The notes under the pieces were generated by a model, which was given only the letters and a program-made list of their open reading frames with translations, made no database searches and was not told the origin of the DNA. Made by a program: the position numbers and the translations under genes. A stretch of 64,000 bases of DNA. Origin: the human T2T-CHM13v2.0 reference genome, Homo sapiens. Of this stretch, positions 60,817 to 64,000 are shown one piece after another. Each line of letters starts with the position of its first letter. The first letter of the stretch is position 1. The DNA lies in NCBI RefSeq assembly GCF_009914755.1, contig NC_060937.1. The stretch is one strand, 5' to 3'.

Positions 60817-61524
60817 TATATTATATACATATTATTATATACAATTGCTTTTAAAATCAGTGAAGAGAAGAAAGGAGAAAAAAATTGCAGTTAAACTGTC
60901 TTTTATAATGGCATAATTATTTTACTGTTGCTCTTTGTTATTTTCTTGCAGATTTGAATTACTGCCTTGGGTCACTTGCTTTCAGCCAGAATCTGTCCAC
61001 TCTTTTTTAGTATCTTTCACTGGTTGATTCTCTTCTTCCCACCCAGAGTTCATGTTCCCTAGAATTTAGTCTTTGGCTTTTTTCACTGTCTTTAAGCAAA
61101 AATTTGTTTTCTCATGGCTTCAATTTCCATGTAGTTGACAAGGACCAAATTTATGTATTAATCTTCAGTCTTGATTTCTCTTTTGATCCCCATATCCATC
61201 AACTTACTATACAACTCCTCCTATATATCCCTCCCCGTGGGGTACCTAACACAAAATGTCAAACCAAATTCATTACCTTTCCTAATAAAATTTATGCCAT
61301 GGGATTCCCCCATCCACCCCAGACTACGTATCTACACATATTCCTTTATTGCTTTTCTTCCTTGTCTTCCCTAGACCCAGTGCTCACTATGTTCTTCACA
61401 ACATCTCTGTTCTTCCAAAGCTCCTGTCCCTCCTTTCATACTCACCTCTCCATCTTGATTCTCTTCCTCTGCTTTTATAGCCATTTGTAACCTCTTTTAT
61501 AGCTTCTTTTGTAACCTTTTATGA

Positions 61525-61726
61525 TGGTGGCTCTCAAATGGGCACATTTGGCAATGTCTGGAGATTTTGGTTGTCACAACTGGCAAGGAGGTAGGGGAAA
61601 GTGCTACTGGCATTTAGTGGTAGAGGTCAATGATGCTACTAAACATCCTACAGTGCACAGGGCAGCCCCCACAACAAATAATTATCCAACTCCAAATGTG
61701 AACAGTGGCAAGACTGAGAATTCCTG
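61525..61726. mobile_element. MER20 (hAT-Charlie)
   Basis: catttggcaatgtctggaga...gtgctactggcat...gatgctactaaacatcctacagtgcacagg. Confidence 0.88.
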
Positions 61727-61839
61727 TTTTAATGCAAAAAGGAATAAGTTCAGATTTTGTAGCAGCTGAAGCAAATATAATTTGGGGGAGCCTCTTTAAG
61801 CAAAAAATATAAAATCACAAATAGAAAATTGGCTAGATT

Positions 61840-62146
61840 CTTTTTTTTTTTTTTTTTTTTTTTGAGATGGAGTCTCGCTCTGTGTCCCAGGCTGGAGTGC
61901 TGTGGTGCAATCTTGGCTCACTGCAACCACTGCCTCCCGGGTTCAAGCAATTCTCCTGCCTCAGCGTCCTGAGTAGCTGGGACTACAGGCAATGTGACAT
62001 CACGCCCGGCTAATTTTTTTGTTTTTAGTTGAGATGGGGTTTCACCATATTGGCCATGCTGGTCTCAAACTCCTGACTTCAAGTGATCCACCCGCCTCGG
62101 CCTCCCAAAGTGCTGGGATTACAGGTATGAGTTTCAGCGCCTGGCT
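61840..62146 (-). mobile_element. AluS
   Basis: TSD gaaaattggctagattct at 61824-61841 and 62147-62164. Confidence 0.95.
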
Positions 62147-62159
62147 GAAAATTGGCTAG

Positions 62160-62530
62160 ATTCTTTGTTTGGTCTGCTATAACAAATGACCACAAACTGT
62201 GTGGCTTATAAACAAAAAAAAATTATTTCTCATAGTTCTGGAGGCTGGGGAGTCCGAGATGGAGGTGCTGGCAGCTTTGGTGTCTGGTGGGGGTCTGCTT
62301 CCTGGTTCATAAATGGCTGTCTTTTCACTGTGTCCCCGCAGGTGAAAGGGACAAGAGAGCTCTCTGGGGCTTCTTTTATAAGGGTAATAATCCTATTTGT
62401 GAGGGCTCTGCCTTCATGATCTAACCATCTCCCAAAGGCCCCACCTCCAAGTACCATTACTTTGGGGATTGGATTTCACCATGTGAATGTGATGTGTGGG
62501 GGGTTGGGGTACAGACATTCACATATAGCA
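62160..62530 (-). mobile_element. MST/MLT1A-type MaLR solo LTR
   Basis: ctgctataaca...tatttctcatagttctggaggctggg...cccaaaggccccacctcc...acattcacatatagca. 5-bp TSD gctag. Confidence 0.85.
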
Positions 62531-62862
62531 GCTAGGAATGCAAATATTTATCTAGCATAAGAAAAGAAATCACAAAAACTACTAGAGTTTTAGATATCCA
62601 GGTCTCATTCTTCAGAGATATTTTTAGGGACATTTTCAGAAATGCCTCCTGTTTGCAACCTGACTTCCACTCCCCACCTAGACCACCCCAGGAACCAGTC
62701 TGGTGCAAGTAAAGAGCCCAGTTGCTTAAGCTTCATTATCTTCAGGATAAATCTGCTTCTGACTGTATCATTTGTCATATTTGCATTGCAATTGTCTATA
62801 GCAGGAAGGGAAAGACTAGAAACCTAACACAATTTGCTTCCTCCTTCTAGAAGATGTTCATA

Positions 62863-62990
62863 TGCATGAGTGCGTGTGTGTGTGTACATGAGTGTGAGTA
62901 TGTATGTATGTGTTTATGTATGTGTGTGTATGTAAGTGCATGTGTAAATGAGTGTATGAAGATATGTGAGCGTGCATGCACATGTGTGTC
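62863..62990. repeat. Imperfect (TG)n tract
   Basis: Direct inspection. Confidence 0.8.
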
Positions 62991-63119
62991 ATGAGTCAAA
63001 GCATAAATGAGATAAATCTCCACTGCATCTTTCTGCTCAGAGGTGCTATTAAGAGGGGGAGGGGCCTGAGAATCTGATCCCGTTAAAAGACTGTAATTTG
63101 CACTGTCAAAACCTGGAGT

Positions 63120-63138
63120 CTTCTACTAGATGGCGCTT
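63120..63138 (+). promoter_or_regulatory. Candidate CTCF core motif
   Basis: ctactagatggcgc has one mismatch to the consensus CCASYAGRKGGCRS and lies in unique sequence with its CpG retained. Confidence 0.5.
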
Positions 63139-64000
63139 GGTTAGCAGTCAACCCAATGAGCCTTCTAACTTATAAGGCAAGAGCTGGAGAGATACGCAGG
63201 CAGGGAAGGGACTTTTCATGACAAAGTGGGAGAGAATCAGGTTTTTCTGCCACAGAGAGAGGGGAAGCTGGGTGCTCTGCCGGAATGACCCCAGCAGAGT
63301 GGTTTCTAGAGTGAGATCCAGGATGCAGGCCAGAGCAGTTTGTAAAAGCCTCAAGGCCAGGTGAGCTATGGAGGAGGGAATTTGGAAGGCGCAGAAACTA
63401 AGAGCCAAAGATCAGTAGGCGGTGGGAGGGGGTTGGGCTCAGAAAAGCTATTTTTATTAAAATATTACAAAATGTAACTTCCCAATATTGGTGACATCGT
63501 GAACACCTAGGCAGCCTGATTTGTTCCTGTTACTGTCTCCCAACATGGGAAGTGAACTCCTCCGGAAAATGAAAAGGGCCTTCATTTGAGCACACCTAGA
63601 ACATCTGACATCCAGCACAGCAGGGGGCTTGGTTGTTGAATTAAATCAATCAATGAGTGAGGGATGAATAAGGATGGGAGAGAATCAAGAGAGAATAGAG
63701 AGACCAGGCATGCTAGAGCGGGCCAAACAAGCCCGAGTAATCTAGGCTGAGATTAGACATGAAATCCACAAGATCAAATTCGGCTGGGCTGAGACGCGCA
63801 GCAGCCACATTTTCCTGAGCAGAGAGGTGAGAGCGCTGCAGGGTCCCATCCAGCTGGGCTGTGAGGTCGCAGAGGAGGATCTTTACTCTGGCTGGGGACT
63901 GTATTTCCAGGCTTTTTTTTTTTTTTTTTAAGGCAGCCGCTGACCACTTGCCTTGATTATAAGAAGTATTGCTTGAGTGACTTTGCTCTGCCTGGACAAT

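Larger units (their letters stand above)
56415..60990 (-). mobile_element. Old L1M element(s) (3' UTR and ORF2 including the EN region), interrupted by an Alu and Hsmar2
   Basis: Antisense motifs ttgcatttccctgataact, gagaatgttccatgtgcacttgagaagaa, gtgttgaactctcccactattattg. Confidence 0.8.
61745..62762. mobile_element. MER96B-like hAT fossil split by an LTR and an Alu
   Basis: gattttgtagcagctgaagcaaatataatttggggg on the left and gcttaagcttcattatcttc...aaatctgcttctg on the right. Confidence 0.45.

Noticed and set aside
61474-61521. ~22-bp tandem duplication (similar ones at ~9118-9155 and ~11948-11990)
   Set aside because: Ordinary slippage duplications.

Overview
Primate (most likely human) genomic DNA, not microbial. 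The window opens in the last intron of PDS5B, a cohesin-associated factor at human 13q13.1. The terminal exon starts at 302, encodes the C-terminal VRRRSAKRERR* and carries a ~3 kb AU-rich 3' UTR with proximal (1172) and distal (3294) AATAAA signals. The remaining ~60 kb is non-coding and dominated by transposon fossils: about 22 Alus, L1M/L1P and L2 fragments, MIRs, MaLR LTRs, a MER4A-type solo LTR, an LTR8/HUERS-P1-type ERV1 remnant, and DNA transposons (MER104, MER5A, MER30, MER2, MER20, Hsmar2). No other protein-coding gene is supported; the supplied ORFs are Alu, L1 or microsatellite artefacts or chance ORFs. I do not see a convincing new multi-gene biological system. The most unusual structures are: (i) an ERV remnant bounded by two inward-facing LTR8 5' ends; (ii) an old local duplication of apparently non-repeat DNA with a well-conserved core and a possible internal inversion; (iii) an exact 43-bp copy 1.6 kb from its twin; and (iv) several fold-back or templated-insertion scars. 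Repeat subfamily names come from recalled consensus sequences and boundaries are by eye.
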